Shown here: positions 47,677-57,377 of the stretch, in pieces
Numbering within the stretch: position 1 is the first letter of the stretch
Layout of the letters: each line of letters begins with the position of its first letter
NCBI GenBank assembly: GCA_963764725.1
Contig: CAVXTM010000012.1
Span: 256,001 to 320,000 of the forward strand
Length of the DNA: 64,000 nt
DNA from: an uncultured Gammaproteobacteria bacterium
Lineage (GTDB): Bacteria > Pseudomonadota > Gammaproteobacteria > JACCXJ01
Direction of reading: 5' to 3'
Translations under genes and position numbers: made by a program
The notes under the pieces: generated by a model
Databases searched by the model: none
Told to the model about the DNA's origin: nothing
The model's input: the letters and a program-made list of their open reading frames with translations, nothing else

Positions 47677-47870
47677 TTCCAAACAATGGTGATATATTCA
47701 AGAGGTTAGTATTATGTATTTACCGCGCTACACGGTCGACGAGAACCTAAAACGCCAAGCGCTTGACACAGTGCCTCATGCTCCCGGCAACGTGTGCCGG
47801 GGGAGCGGACTGAACACGGCGGCAGCCAGATCTCGATGCGCTGGTTCGAAGACCTCTGGGAGATTCTCGA

Positions 47871-49565
47871 ATGGAAGATAACGCGTTCCGCACCGGCCTT
47901 CGTCAAGGCTTGGATCCCTTTGGCATCATGACCTCGTGTTTAGAGGTTCAGCAGGCATGGCTGCGGCAGCCGGGTGAGCTGGCCAAGCAATTATTCAAAC
48001 TTGGCGAGCAGTGCTCAAACCTGCAGGTGCTGGGTTACCTGCGATTATGCGGCCAGGAGGTGGAGGACACGGTCCGTCCCGTGGCTTACGACGAGCGCTT
48101 CGCCGAGCCTATCTGGACCGAGCGCCCCTATTACGATCTGATGAAAGAATCCTACCTTGCCTACACTCGTTGGCTTGAGGACGCGATCGAGAATACGCCC
48201 GATGTTGCTCCGCGCATAAAACAGAAAGCCGGATTCTGGGTCCGGCAGATGCTCAACGCCGCCTCGCCATCGAACTACTTTTGGACCAACCCGCACGCGG
48301 TTCACAAGTCGATCGCAAGTTTTGGTATGAGCACGGTTGATGGTTTAAGAAATGCCGTGAACGATGCGTTGCGGGGCGACGTGAGCATGGTGGACGATGA
48401 GACCTTCAAGGTCGGTCTCAATCTCGCCACGACGCCCGGCCAGGTCGTTTTCCGTAACCACTTGTTGGAAGTCATTCAATACGCGCCGGCCACCCAGAAC
48501 GTTCACAGCCTGCCAGTGGTCATCGTCGCCCCGTGGATCAATAAATATTACATTCTAGACTTGAGCGCGCAGAAGAGCCTGGTCCGCTATTTGGTGTCGC
48601 GCGGATTCTCGGTGTTCATCACCAGTTGGAATAATCCGCGCTCGGAGAGCCGCAACGTCGGCTTCGAGGACTACATGCTGCAAGGCGCGTTGCAAGCGGT
48701 CGACGTGGCCAGGGAGGTCACGGGCGCCGCGCAGGTGCATGCGGCCGGGTATTGCATCGGTGGCACCATCCTCGCGGCATTGATGGCTTGGCTCAACACG
48801 GGGTTGAAGCGCAACCAGCCGCCCCCCATAGCACATTTTACGCTGCTTACGGCACTGGTCGATTTCACCGCCCCGGGCGACATCGGCGTGTTCATTGATG
48901 AGAACAGCATCGCGTTTCTGGAGAAGCTGATGGCAGACCGGGGTTATCTCGATGGGGCCGCGATGGCTTGGTCGTTTCGGATGCTGAGATCCAATAGCCT
49001 GATTTGGCATTACCTGGTCCACAATTACCTCTACGGTGAAGGGCCGCCGCCGCTCGATGTTCTGTATTGGAACACGGATACGACGCGGCTGCCCGCGGCG
49101 ATGCACTCGTATTACCTTCGGGAATGTTACCTCAATAACAAGCTCGTGCAGCCCGGCGGGCTGACCTTGGGCGGAAAGCCCATCGATCTGCGATCCATAA
49201 AGCAACCCCTGTACGCGGTCGGCACCGAACAAGACCACATCGCGCCTTGGAAAGAAACGTTCAAGATCTGTGCGCTTGTCCAGGCGCCGGTGCGTTATGT
49301 GCTAGCGACCTCCGGACATATCATGGGCGTCGTTAACCCGCCGGTGGAGCCGCCGAAACGGCGTTACTGGGTCGGAGCGGTAAGCGATCATGCCGATCCG
49401 GAAACCTGGCGCAACGGTATCGAAAAGACGCCTGGTTCCTGGTGGGAAGACTGGGCTCAATGGCTCAGCAAACAGTGCGGCCCCTTGGTTGCGGCCCCGC
49501 CGATCGGGAGCCAATCCTATCCGGCACTGTGCCCGGCGCCGGGGACCTATGTGCTGGAGCGTTAG
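47871..49565 (+). CDS. phaC: Class I/II polyhydroxyalkanoate synthase
   Basis: SPSNY..TNP, NLATTPG.VV, PWINKYYILDL, lipase box GYCIGG, LYWN.D, DHIAPW, SGHIMGVVNPP, APGTYVLER. Confidence 0.93.
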   Translation: MEDNAFRTGLRQGLDPFGIMTSCLEVQQAWLRQPGELAKQLFKLGEQCSNLQVLGYLRLCGQEVEDTVRPVAYDERFAEPIWTERPYYDLMKESYLAYTRWLEDAIENTPDVAPRIKQKAGFWVRQMLNAASPSNYFWTNPHAVHKSIASFGMSTVDGLRNAVNDALRGDVSMVDDETFKVGLNLATTPGQVVFRNHLLEVIQYAPATQNVHSLPVVIVAPWINKYYILDLSAQKSLVRYLVSRGFSVFITSWNNPRSESRNVGFEDYMLQGALQAVDVAREVTGAAQVHAAGYCIGGTILAALMAWLNTGLKRNQPPPIAHFTLLTALVDFTAPGDIGVFIDENSIAFLEKLMADRGYLDGAAMAWSFRMLRSNSLIWHYLVHNYLYGEGPPPLDVLYWNTDTTRLPAAMHSYYLRECYLNNKLVQPGGLTLGGKPIDLRSIKQPLYAVGTEQDHIAPWKETFKICALVQAPVRYVLATSGHIMGVVNPPVEPPKRRYWVGAVSDHADPETWRNGIEKTPGSWWEDWAQWLSKQCGPLVAAPPIGSQSYPALCPAPGTYVLER

Positions 49566-49708
49566 GGAAGCTCAGCAAAAGTTACTGCGCAGCCCATCCG
49601 CTTTGTCGTGTGCTCGTTCGTCGCTCGCCTATCTACCTGATATGTCTCGTGACTCGCTCCGCGACTTCGCGCATCTGGGCTTGCTCGCGACACTTTTGCA
49701 GAGCTTCC
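49566..49708 (-). mobile_element. Complete 143-bp MITE with IS5-like ends
   Basis: TIRs GGAAGCTCAGCAAAAGT / ACTTTTGCAGAGCTTCC (1 mismatch); TTAG direct repeat on both sides, the left one containing the phaC stop codon. Confidence 0.82.
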
Positions 49709-49725
49709 TTAGTTGGTGAGCACGA

Positions 49726-50577
49726 TCACGCAAGCCGCAGGCTCGAAGTGGCGGGCTGCTTGGCGTCGCGGTCCTTATCTCGTTGGACCATGGCGTAGGC
49801 CGAGTGATTGTGTATCGACTCAAAGTTCTCTGATTCTATCGTGTAAGCGGCGATGCGCTCGTCGCTATTCATCTTGAGGGCCACGTCGCGGACGATATCT
49901 TCCACGAATTTCGGGTTGTCGTACGCCTTCTCGGTGACGTATTTCTCGTCCGGCCGTTTGAGCAGCCCATAGAGCTCACACGATGCCACCTCCTCGACGA
50001 CATCGATGAACTCCTCGATCCAAACGAAATCGCGTATCCTCGCCAATAACGTGACATGCGAGCGTTGATTGTGCGCGCCGTAATCCGATATATTCTTGGA
50101 ACACGGACATAGGGTGGTAATGGGAACTACCACCTTCACCTCGATGCTGGGAAGTCCGTCCTGAATCTGCCCGACAAAGCTGACTTCGTAATCGAGTAAG
50201 CTCCTTACTTTTGAAATAGGCGCTACCTTAGTCACGAAATAGGGAAACTTCATTTCGATGTGACCGACGCGCGCATCAAGCAGTTCCGTCATTTCCACCA
50301 CCATGCGCTTGAATGATTGAACGGTGATCTCATATTCCTGGGAATTGAGGATTTCAACGAACCGCGACATGTGCGTCCCTTTGAATCGATGGGGCAGGCC
50401 GACGTACATATTGAACGTGGCGACGGTGTGCTGCTCGCGCCCGGAACGGTCTCTTACCACGACCGGGTGGCGAATATCCTTAATCCCGACACGATCGATA
50501 TCGATCCGCCGGCAGTCCTCACTGCTTTGAATATCGGGGATACCGTCGGCAATGTGTGCAGGGTCGTTCATGGTCAC
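49726..50577 (-). CDS. folE2: GTP cyclohydrolase IB
   Basis: [46 protein letters not shown]. Confidence 0.95.
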   Translation of the reverse strand: MTMNDPAHIADGIPDIQSSEDCRRIDIDRVGIKDIRHPVVVRDRSGREQHTVATFNMYVGLPHRFKGTHMSRFVEILNSQEYEITVQSFKRMVVEMTELLDARVGHIEMKFPYFVTKVAPISKVRSLLDYEVSFVGQIQDGLPSIEVKVVVPITTLCPCSKNISDYGAHNQRSHVTLLARIRDFVWIEEFIDVVEEVASCELYGLLKRPDEKYVTEKAYDNPKFVEDIVRDVALKMNSDERIAAYTIESENFESIHNHSAYAMVQRDKDRDAKQPATSSLRLA

Positions 50578-50798
50578 CTCGTTTGAATCCTTATGCAGGT
50601 TTAGGTTGCACCACGCTCGCTGCCGGCCTTGATGCGGGATATCCCTGGGGTTGATACCCTAGCATATTCTTCGGGTTTTTGTCGCGGTCATGACGGATGC
50701 TCCGCCGGCATTAGCGGTGTGCGTGCGATAAGTTAGTGAATTATTGGTTTTTCTCCTTGGGTCTTAACGGTGACGCGGCACAAGCCGCGGCAAGCTCC

Positions 50799-51476
50799 TC
50801 AAGGCAGCGCGTAATGCGTGCGCAGGATCTCTTCAGTAAACGAGGCGCGCAGATAGAATCCGCGCGGAAGGGTTGGCACCCCGCGACCGGATTCCCCGAT
50901 GCCCCGGGTGCGGACGCGGCCATGCGCAGCCTTTGGCCGGATCTGCAGATAAGTCCCGTAGCGGGCCGAGATCCGGCTGAGATGACCCATGCACACCATT
51001 TCCATGATTTCGTCGAAATCGGCGCGCAATATTGCCTCTTGATCATGGGTCGGCCTCCACAACAGCGGTGATCCGATGCGCCGATCGGCAAGCGCGATCG
51101 CCGCGGCCGCTTCCACGGGCACCCAAAGCACCCGCGCCAGCTTCTTGCGCACCAATGATTCGTCCCAGGTAAGGCCGACGTTATCGACGAGCGGCACGGT
51201 GGTGACATAGGTCGACTCGCGCGGCCGGCCCGCGCGGTCCACCGGGATGGTCTTAAGCTCAATGCCGAACCGCGGAAAATCGGGTTCCGGCAGTGAGGAT
51301 GCCGGAGCCCCGAGCGCGCGTTCGATAAGCTCGCCGATCCATCCTTTTGCGCGCTTCAAATCGCTCGGCAACCGCGTTTTGAGGTCCAATGCGATTTCGC
51401 CGAATGTCCGGCCGGCCAAGCGCTCCGCGCGCTCGAGGAGTTCTCGCTCGCTCTCGGGAGATGTGCGCGGGATCAT
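50799..51476 (-). CDS. mutH: DNA mismatch repair endonuclease MutH
   Basis: P.SE.ELL.RA..LAG, KGW.G.LIE..LGA...S.PEPDF...GIELKTIP, LQIRPKAA, LPRGFYLR..FT. Confidence 0.92.
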   Translation of the reverse strand: MIPRTSPESERELLERAERLAGRTFGEIALDLKTRLPSDLKRAKGWIGELIERALGAPASSLPEPDFPRFGIELKTIPVDRAGRPRESTYVTTVPLVDNVGLTWDESLVRKKLARVLWVPVEAAAAIALADRRIGSPLLWRPTHDQEAILRADFDEIMEMVCMGHLSRISARYGTYLQIRPKAAHGRVRTRGIGESGRGVPTLPRGFYLRASFTEEILRTHYALP

Positions 51477-51533
51477 CGTCTTTGCTGGTTGCGAGCCGGG
51501 CCGTTCATAGCTTGTGGCGTATACTATGTCCCG

Positions 51534-51950
51534 ATGGCGATCATAAAGCTTCCTGAATCGATGAGGAACCGCATCGCTGCGGCGGTCACGGCGGGATATC
51601 CGCACGAGACCTGCGGTCTACTCATTGGCAGGCAGAGCCCCGGTGCCGTTGAGGTTCTCGATAGCGTGGAGGCTGCAAATCTCAATCAGGAACGGCCGGG
51701 CGATCGCTACGAGCTGGACCCGAAAGCGATGCTGGCGGCGGATCGCGATGCGCGCTCGCGCGGTTTGGCGATCGTCGGGGTTTGGCACTCTCACCCCGAC
51801 CACCCAGCGGAACCCTCGGAAACCGATCGGGCGGCGGCCTGGGAAGATTGGTCTTACCTCATCGTTTCGGTTGCGCGCAACGGTATCAACGCCATCCGCT
51901 CTTGGCGACTCGACGGAGGGCAATTCTACGAGGAGGACATGGTGTTATGA
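51534..51950 (+). CDS. JAB/MPN+ (Mec-like) metallopeptidase
   Basis: YPHETCGLL and HSHPDHPAEPSETD (E...HxHx7SxxD); ATGA overlap with the next gene. Confidence 0.92.
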   Translation: MAIIKLPESMRNRIAAAVTAGYPHETCGLLIGRQSPGAVEVLDSVEAANLNQERPGDRYELDPKAMLAADRDARSRGLAIVGVWHSHPDHPAEPSETDRAAAWEDWSYLIVSVARNGINAIRSWRLDGGQFYEEDMVL

Positions 51951-53401
51951 GCAGGGTGATCGTGCGCATACCGATGCCTTTGCGGAGCTTGACGGCGGGC
52001 GCCGAGGAGCTTGCCGTCGAAGGCGCCACGGTCGGGCAAGCGCTCGCATGCTTGGGCGCGGCCCACCCAGGCGTGCTGGCGAGGATTCTAACCCCCGAAG
52101 GCCAGATCCGGCGTTTCGTGAACATCTATTTGGGTGAGGAGAATGTGCACGCGCTCGCGGGCTTGGACACCGCGCTGCCCGAGGGGAGTGTGCTGTCGAT
52201 CATACCGGCGGTCGCCGGGGGAAGTGAGCCGAAAGCGAAGGAACGGCGGCTGATGGACTTGCGCGGCCGCATCAAAGAGATCACCCCCGCCGAGGCGTTC
52301 GTATTACAACAGCGCAGGGCAGCCCTCATCGACGTGCGCGAGCAAGACGAGATCGCGCAAGGCAGCCCGCCCGGCGCTCACCGGCTTGGACGCGGGTTCT
52401 TGGAGCTACGCATCGAGGAAGCGGCGCCTGATCTCGAACACACACTGCTCGTGATGTGCAACGGGGGCGTGCGCTCGCTCTTCGCCGCCGAGGATCTGAT
52501 CCGCCTCGGTTATCGTGACGTGCGTTCGGTCAGCGGCGGGTTTACGCGCTGGAAGAACGAAGGGCTGCCGGTCGAGGCGCCCCAAAGCTTGGACCGCGAA
52601 GCCCGGGAACGCTATTCGCGTCATCTCATGATGCCGGAGGTGGGCGAAGCGGGTCAGCTCAAGCTCCTAAGCTCCAAAGTGCTGCTCATCGGGGCCGGTG
52701 GTTTGGGTTCCCCCGCCGCGCTGTATTTGGCCGCGGCCGGAATAGGCACGCTCGGCATCGTCGATCACGATGTCGTCGATCGCAGCAATCTGCAACGCCA
52801 GATCCTGCACACCGACGCACGGGTCGGCACGCTCAAGGTCGACTCGGCGCGCGCGGCGCTCACGGCCCTCAACCCGGCGGTGACGGTCCAGCCGCATGCA
52901 CGGCGGCTCGATCGTCACAACGTCGAGGAGGTACTAAATGGCCATAACGTCGTCGTGGATGGTTCGGATAACTTCGCCACCCGTTACCTCATTAACGATG
53001 CCTGCGTAAAGCTCGGTTTACCCAATGTTCACGGCGCGGTGTTCCGTTTCGAGGGCCAGGTCTCGGTCTTCTGGCCAGCTTACGCGCGCTTCCGAGGTCC
53101 CTGCTACCGTTGTGTCTATCCCGAGCCGCCTCCTCCAGAGCTGGCCCCTTCCTGCGCCGAGGCGGGGGTCTTAGGCGTACTGCCCGGTGTAGTCGGGTTG
53201 CTGCAGGCGGTTGAGACCGTCAAGCTGCTACTCGGGATCGGCGCGCCTTTGATAGGACGCATGCTCTATTACGAAGCGCTCGCCGCGCGCTTTTCGGAGC
53301 TCAAGCTTGCCCGCAATCGGAATTGCCGTTATTGCGGCGAGGGCGCCGAGTTTCCCGGTTATGCGGATTACGAGGAGTTCTGTCACGCGGCGAGCGCTTG
53401 A
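51947..53401 (+). CDS. Polyprotein: MoaD/CysO-like sulfur carrier + rhodanese + MoeB/ThiF E1-like adenylyltransferase
   Basis: VRIP..LR...RRFVNIY...IIPAVAGG (GG ends at 52222), then DVRE...CNGGVRS rhodanese, then RYSRH, GAGGLG, SNLQRQ, CYRC, SCAEAG, CRYC. Confidence 0.9.
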   Translation: MSRVIVRIPMPLRSLTAGAEELAVEGATVGQALACLGAAHPGVLARILTPEGQIRRFVNIYLGEENVHALAGLDTALPEGSVLSIIPAVAGGSEPKAKERRLMDLRGRIKEITPAEAFVLQQRRAALIDVREQDEIAQGSPPGAHRLGRGFLELRIEEAAPDLEHTLLVMCNGGVRSLFAAEDLIRLGYRDVRSVSGGFTRWKNEGLPVEAPQSLDREARERYSRHLMMPEVGEAGQLKLLSSKVLLIGAGGLGSPAALYLAAAGIGTLGIVDHDVVDRSNLQRQILHTDARVGTLKVDSARAALTALNPAVTVQPHARRLDRHNVEEVLNGHNVVVDGSDNFATRYLINDACVKLGLPNVHGAVFRFEGQVSVFWPAYARFRGPCYRCVYPEPPPPELAPSCAEAGVLGVLPGVVGLLQAVETVKLLLGIGAPLIGRMLYYEALAARFSELKLARNRNCRYCGEGAEFPGYADYEEFCHAASA

Positions 53402-53406
53402 GGCCC

Positions 53407-54348
53407 ATGAGCCGAGCCGAAGATTTTAGAGAATCGGCGGGTATGCTGGCCGCGATCGGGCACACACCCTTGATCGAGCTTGATCTGGCGCCCGATCGAC
53501 CGCGCGCAGTCCGGATCTTCTCCAAGCTCGAAGCGGTCAATCCGGGGGGGTCCGTCAAGGACCGTCCGGTGGCGCGGATGCTCGGCGAGGCGTCGCGCGC
53601 GGGTCGCTTCACGGACGGCCGGCGCTTACTCGATTCCTCCTCGGGGAATGCCGGGATCTCTTACGCGATGTTGGGTGCCGCGCTCGGCATACCTGTCACA
53701 ATCGTGGTCCCGGGAAACGCCAGCCACGAGCGCTTGGATCGCATCGTTGCACACGGGGCGGAGCTCATCCTCACCGATCCCATCAAAGGCTACGATTTTG
53801 CCCTGGAGGAAGCACATCGGCTCGCCGCCGAGCACCCCCATCGTTACTGGTATTGCGACCAGTACAGTAATCCTGGCAATTGGCGCGCCCACTACGATGG
53901 GACCGGCGCCGAGATCCTCGATCAATTAATTGCCCAAGCGCAGGTCGTGCCGGATGCGTTCGTCGCCGGTGTCGGCACCGGAGGCACCCTCACCGGAGCC
54001 GGTAAACGGTTGCGGGAGGTCAATCCGAATCTGCATATCGTGGCGGTGATCCCGGAGCGATTTCCCGGAATCGAGGGGCTCAAACCGCTGGGCGAGCCGG
54101 ATGACATCGTACCCAAGATCCTCGATGAAGCGCTCATCGACGAGCGCGTCCGCGTGAGCAGCGAGCAAGCGGCGGCGATGTGCGTGCGGCTAGCGCGCCA
54201 AGGTCTATACGTGGGTCCGTCTTCGGGGGCTTTCGTGCACGGCGCCCTCGCACTCGCCTCATCCCGCCGTTACCGGACCATCGTAACGGTGCTATCCGAT
54301 ACTGGGGAACGTTATGGGTCTACGGGAATGTGGCGGCGTGCGTCATGA
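53407..54348 (+). CDS. cysM: PLP-dependent cysteine synthase (CysM-like)
   Basis: IGHTPL, KLEAVNPGGSVKDR, SSSGNAG, QYSNP.N, GVGTGGT, IEGLK, GPSSG, DTGERY. Confidence 0.85.
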   Translation: MSRAEDFRESAGMLAAIGHTPLIELDLAPDRPRAVRIFSKLEAVNPGGSVKDRPVARMLGEASRAGRFTDGRRLLDSSSGNAGISYAMLGAALGIPVTIVVPGNASHERLDRIVAHGAELILTDPIKGYDFALEEAHRLAAEHPHRYWYCDQYSNPGNWRAHYDGTGAEILDQLIAQAQVVPDAFVAGVGTGGTLTGAGKRLREVNPNLHIVAVIPERFPGIEGLKPLGEPDDIVPKILDEALIDERVRVSSEQAAAMCVRLARQGLYVGPSSGAFVHGALALASSRRYRTIVTVLSDTGERYGSTGMWRRAS

Positions 54349-54818
54349 GCTTCTCGAGCTGGCTTCAAGCCCTGTTTAAACCCCCGGCGCCCGTCGGCCC
54401 ACCGGAGACGATCCGCGTCTTCACCACAGCCGACCCGACAATAACCGCCGATGGCATTGCCGTTGAGGAGGATGGCTGGATCATCGACGCCCAGCAGTCC
54501 CGGACCGTGCGTCTCTTCGAGGTGCCGCCCCCCGGCGCCGAGCAATGCCTGATCACCTACCGAGCTAAGATGAAATCGCAGGACATAACGGGCCGGGCCT
54601 TCCTCGAGATGTGGTGCCGATTCGGCTGGCGCGGCGAGTTCTTCTCCAAGGGCTTCCGGCAGTCCCTTCAAGGCACCACCTGCTGGGCTAGTTACGAGAT
54701 ACCGTTCTATCTCAAGAAAGGCCAGCGGCCCGATCTCATCAAGCTCAACCTGGTCGTGGAGGGTGCGGGGAAGATCTGGGTTAAAGAAATCGAACTTTTA
54801 AAGACGCCGTTGGGTTAG
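54345..54818 (+). CDS. Conserved-looking hypothetical beta-rich protein
   Basis: ATGA overlap with the cysM stop; aromatic/beta pattern (YRAKMK, FLEMWC, GEFFSKG, IKLNLVVEG.GKIW). Confidence 0.65.
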   Translation: MSFSSWLQALFKPPAPVGPPETIRVFTTADPTITADGIAVEEDGWIIDAQQSRTVRLFEVPPPGAEQCLITYRAKMKSQDITGRAFLEMWCRFGWRGEFFSKGFRQSLQGTTCWASYEIPFYLKKGQRPDLIKLNLVVEGAGKIWVKEIELLKTPLG

Positions 54819-54834
54819 GCGTGCGTCCTTGCCG

Positions 54835-54856
54835 ATGTAGCACCTAAGTGCTACAT
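54835..54856. promoter_or_regulatory. Operator palindrome upstream of the TA pair
   Basis: Perfect inverted repeat ATGTAGCAC-ctaa-GTGCTACAT, 25 nt before the antitoxin ATG. Confidence 0.7.
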
Positions 54857-54881
54857 TGCAATTTTGCATTGGAGTCCGAAC

Positions 54882-55166
54882 ATGCCCACGACGACGATCC
54901 GGCTGCCGGACGATCTAAAGGCTCGCGTTGCCGCTGCCGCTGAGCGTGCCGGAACTACGGCACATAGCTTTATTCTAGAGGCGATCGCCGAGAAAGCGGA
55001 TCAGGCGGAGCGCCGCGCAGACTTTCATGACGTTGCCGAGAAGCGCTACGCCGATCTCGTCGCTTCCGGTAAGACGATCCCCTGGGAAAAAATGCGCAGC
55101 TATCTTGAAGATCGCATCGCGGGGAAACCCGTAGCTCGCCCGCTGGCTAAGAAAATGGCTCGCTGA
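54882..55166 (+). CDS. Ribbon-helix-helix (CopG/ParD-like) antitoxin
   Basis: TTTIRLPDDLKARVAAAA...T.HSFILEAI; precedes a ParE-like start. Confidence 0.85.
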   Translation: MPTTTIRLPDDLKARVAAAAERAGTTAHSFILEAIAEKADQAERRADFHDVAEKRYADLVASGKTIPWEKMRSYLEDRIAGKPVARPLAKKMAR

Positions 55167-55168
55167 AG

Positions 55169-55351
55169 ATGGCCCGGATCGAGTTGGCCCCTGAGATTCG
55201 GGGTGACTTCGATCGCATCCTCGATCATCTCACGGAGCGCGCTGTTGAAGATGCGCCTGGCCGTATCAGAGAAATTGTCCAGGCAGTTGACGAAGCGGAC
55301 TGCTGCTCGTCAAGCTACGCTTCGGCGTTACTGCTGTCTAGGGCGGTTTAA
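55169..55351 (+). pseudogene. Truncated ParE/RelE-family toxin
   Basis: MARIELAPEIRGDFDRILDHL...RIREIVQAVD matches the ParE N-terminus; similarity is lost after ~55290. Confidence 0.7.
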
Positions 55352-55611
55352 GGGCGCTGGTCTTCACAAAATGCTGGAGGGCGGCGTCCGGCATGAATGG
55401 CCGCTGATGGCTACCGGCTGCCACCTGGCCCTCGCGGCGAATATCCGCTGTTTGGCTGATAGGAAGGCGGCGAGCCAGGACTCGGTGAGGCAGCTGTGGG
55501 TCGCCTACCGCCTGTTCCCTTGTCGGCCAGAAGCGGACAGCGCTCCGGCTCCGCTCAACGACTGGCGTTTGCGTTCTCACACGCTCAGTAGTCAACATTT
55601 CGGACATGACG

Positions 55612-55735
55612 TCAGCCCCGCCGCGCCGCTTCGATCGTGGAGATGTCGATCTTTTTCATCGTCATCATCGCTTCAAACGCACGCTTGGCCGCTGCGCGAT
55701 CGGGGTCGGAGAGCGCGGCGATGAGGGCGCGCGAT
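55612..55735 (-). pseudogene. C-terminal fragment of a PhnB-like (3-demethylubiquinone methyltransferase-annotated) VOC protein
   Basis: RALIAALSDPDRAAAKRAFEAMMTMKKIDISTIEAARRG. Confidence 0.7.
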
Positions 55736-56307
55736 TGGTGCTCTACACAAGGCGGATGCCTTCGAGGAAACGGATAAAATTGGAGCTTAGAGACATTTGC
55801 AGTCCTAGTCTGTGGCGGCCCCCACCCAGCGGAGGCGAGATCTGCACACGCACTGTAGCGCGCTCGATCTGGTACTAAGCTTAACCTATGCCCCACGAAG
55901 AAAAGCTCGAACCTCTCTCCCAAGCGATCCGCCTGATGGAAGTATGCGGGCTATTCGGCTTCTTGCCTCATCTGGCTGGAGCGAGCGCGTCTTGCAGCCG
56001 GACATCAAAAAACTGCTCGCTGAGCACGAGAAATCGCTCTTCATGCTGTTTGAGCGTGCGGCCAATGCATGTGCTTTGTTTGGAGATCTGAGTCCGCTCG
56101 CTTTTCTGGCCGCATGTTCGCCAGAAGAGAAAGCGCGTGTCGCATTGGGTGAGATCTCGGATGTGGAGGTGCAAGCAGTGGGGATATTTGCCCGGCTCGT
56201 GGTTGAGCATCGAGCTGTTGTGCATTGATCTATTATTCGCCAAACACTTCGTAAAAGAGATCCTTCATCGCTGCCCACGATGGCTTATCTGCCTATAGGC
56301 GAGTACT

Positions 56308-56626
56308 ATGAACATTCCCATGTATCAAGCATCGATTACCTTCTGCATCAAGTCGATGAGCAACCTCGCCCGCGTGGATCCCAGCGTTCTCATTAATGCG
56401 TCGCGCCAGGTCCAGATTGCCACCGACGTCGCCAAAGGGTGTGGCCTCGCGGTTAGCGGGGTTGGAACCGCCGAAATTTGAAGACAATGAGCAGATCTTC
56501 AACGAACTCAAGAGATGCGTTGGCAAAACCGTTGCCCACTTAGAGACGTTCTCACCGGCAAAAATCGACGGCAGTGAAGATAGGACAATATCGTTCACCG
56601 TCAGCGGCAGCCCAGGCGGCGCCTAA
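56308..56626 (+). pseudogene. Degraded DUF1993-family gene
   Basis: MYQAS...SNL...RQVQIATDVAKG, then shifted frame ASRLAGLEPPKFEDNE...IDGSEDRTI; internal deletions and no C-terminus. Confidence 0.75.
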
Positions 56627-56672
56627 TCCAATTCGCTCGGCCATGGAGTTTTATCTTTGAGGATCTTGAATC

Positions 56673-57377
56673 GTGAAGTTCACCAGTGACCCTTGGGATG
56701 CGCTCTTCAAAATGCTCTCGATCGTCCTTGTCCCACTGACCGTGGCCGGGATGGGCTGGTACTGGACGCAATGGCAGCAGAACGTCAACGATTTGAAGGC
56801 CATGATCGATCTCGTCACGGACAAGTCACCAGAAAAGCAAAAATATGGCATCGCCATGTTCGAGTACCTGGCCAAGAAAGGCAAAGTGCCGGTCGAGTTC
56901 CTGGCAGCTCAGATCGATTACGCGACGACAGCACAGAACCCCGAGCTGCTGCCCATGCTCGAGGTCGCGATCCAGAGCGCGGCCAAAGAGAACCCCGACG
57001 TCGAGGAGGCCTACCGCATCGCGCTGCTCAGGCGGCCGTCGCGCGTGTTCATCCATGTTCCGAATAATCAGGTCTACGATTGCTTGGTGAAGCTGCGCGA
57101 AAGTTTCAAGGACGCGGACAGGGCCTCGATCTTTTTCCCGGCGGTTCGCACGTATCCGGGCTATGCCGAGTCGAACCAGGAGCTCCGCTTCTTCCATATC
57201 TCCGACATGGCGCGCGCCGAGCAGATCGCTGGGCTGTTCGGCACGCTGGGCTTGGAGCTCGAGGTCAAGGATCTTTCTCAGACAGTGTGGGCCGCCAAAA
57301 CTTCTCCCAACAGTTACGAGCTATGGTTCAGCGGCAAACAGCTGCCACCGCTCTGCCACCTGCAGACTAGCGATTGA
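56673..57377 (+). CDS. Hypothetical membrane-anchored protein
   Basis: N-terminal TM helix; C-terminal RVFIH...ELRFFH..D...A...YELWF pattern; host-like codon usage. Confidence 0.65.
   Translation: MKFTSDPWDALFKMLSIVLVPLTVAGMGWYWTQWQQNVNDLKAMIDLVTDKSPEKQKYGIAMFEYLAKKGKVPVEFLAAQIDYATTAQNPELLPMLEVAIQSAAKENPDVEEAYRIALLRRPSRVFIHVPNNQVYDCLVKLRESFKDADRASIFFPAVRTYPGYAESNQELRFFHISDMARAEQIAGLFGTLGLELEVKDLSQTVWAAKTSPNSYELWFSGKQLPPLCHLQTSD

Noticed and set aside
55812-56278. Overlapping ORFs on both strands in the patchwork region
   Set aside because: Probably a decayed foreign gene, but no family or reliable frame could be assigned.
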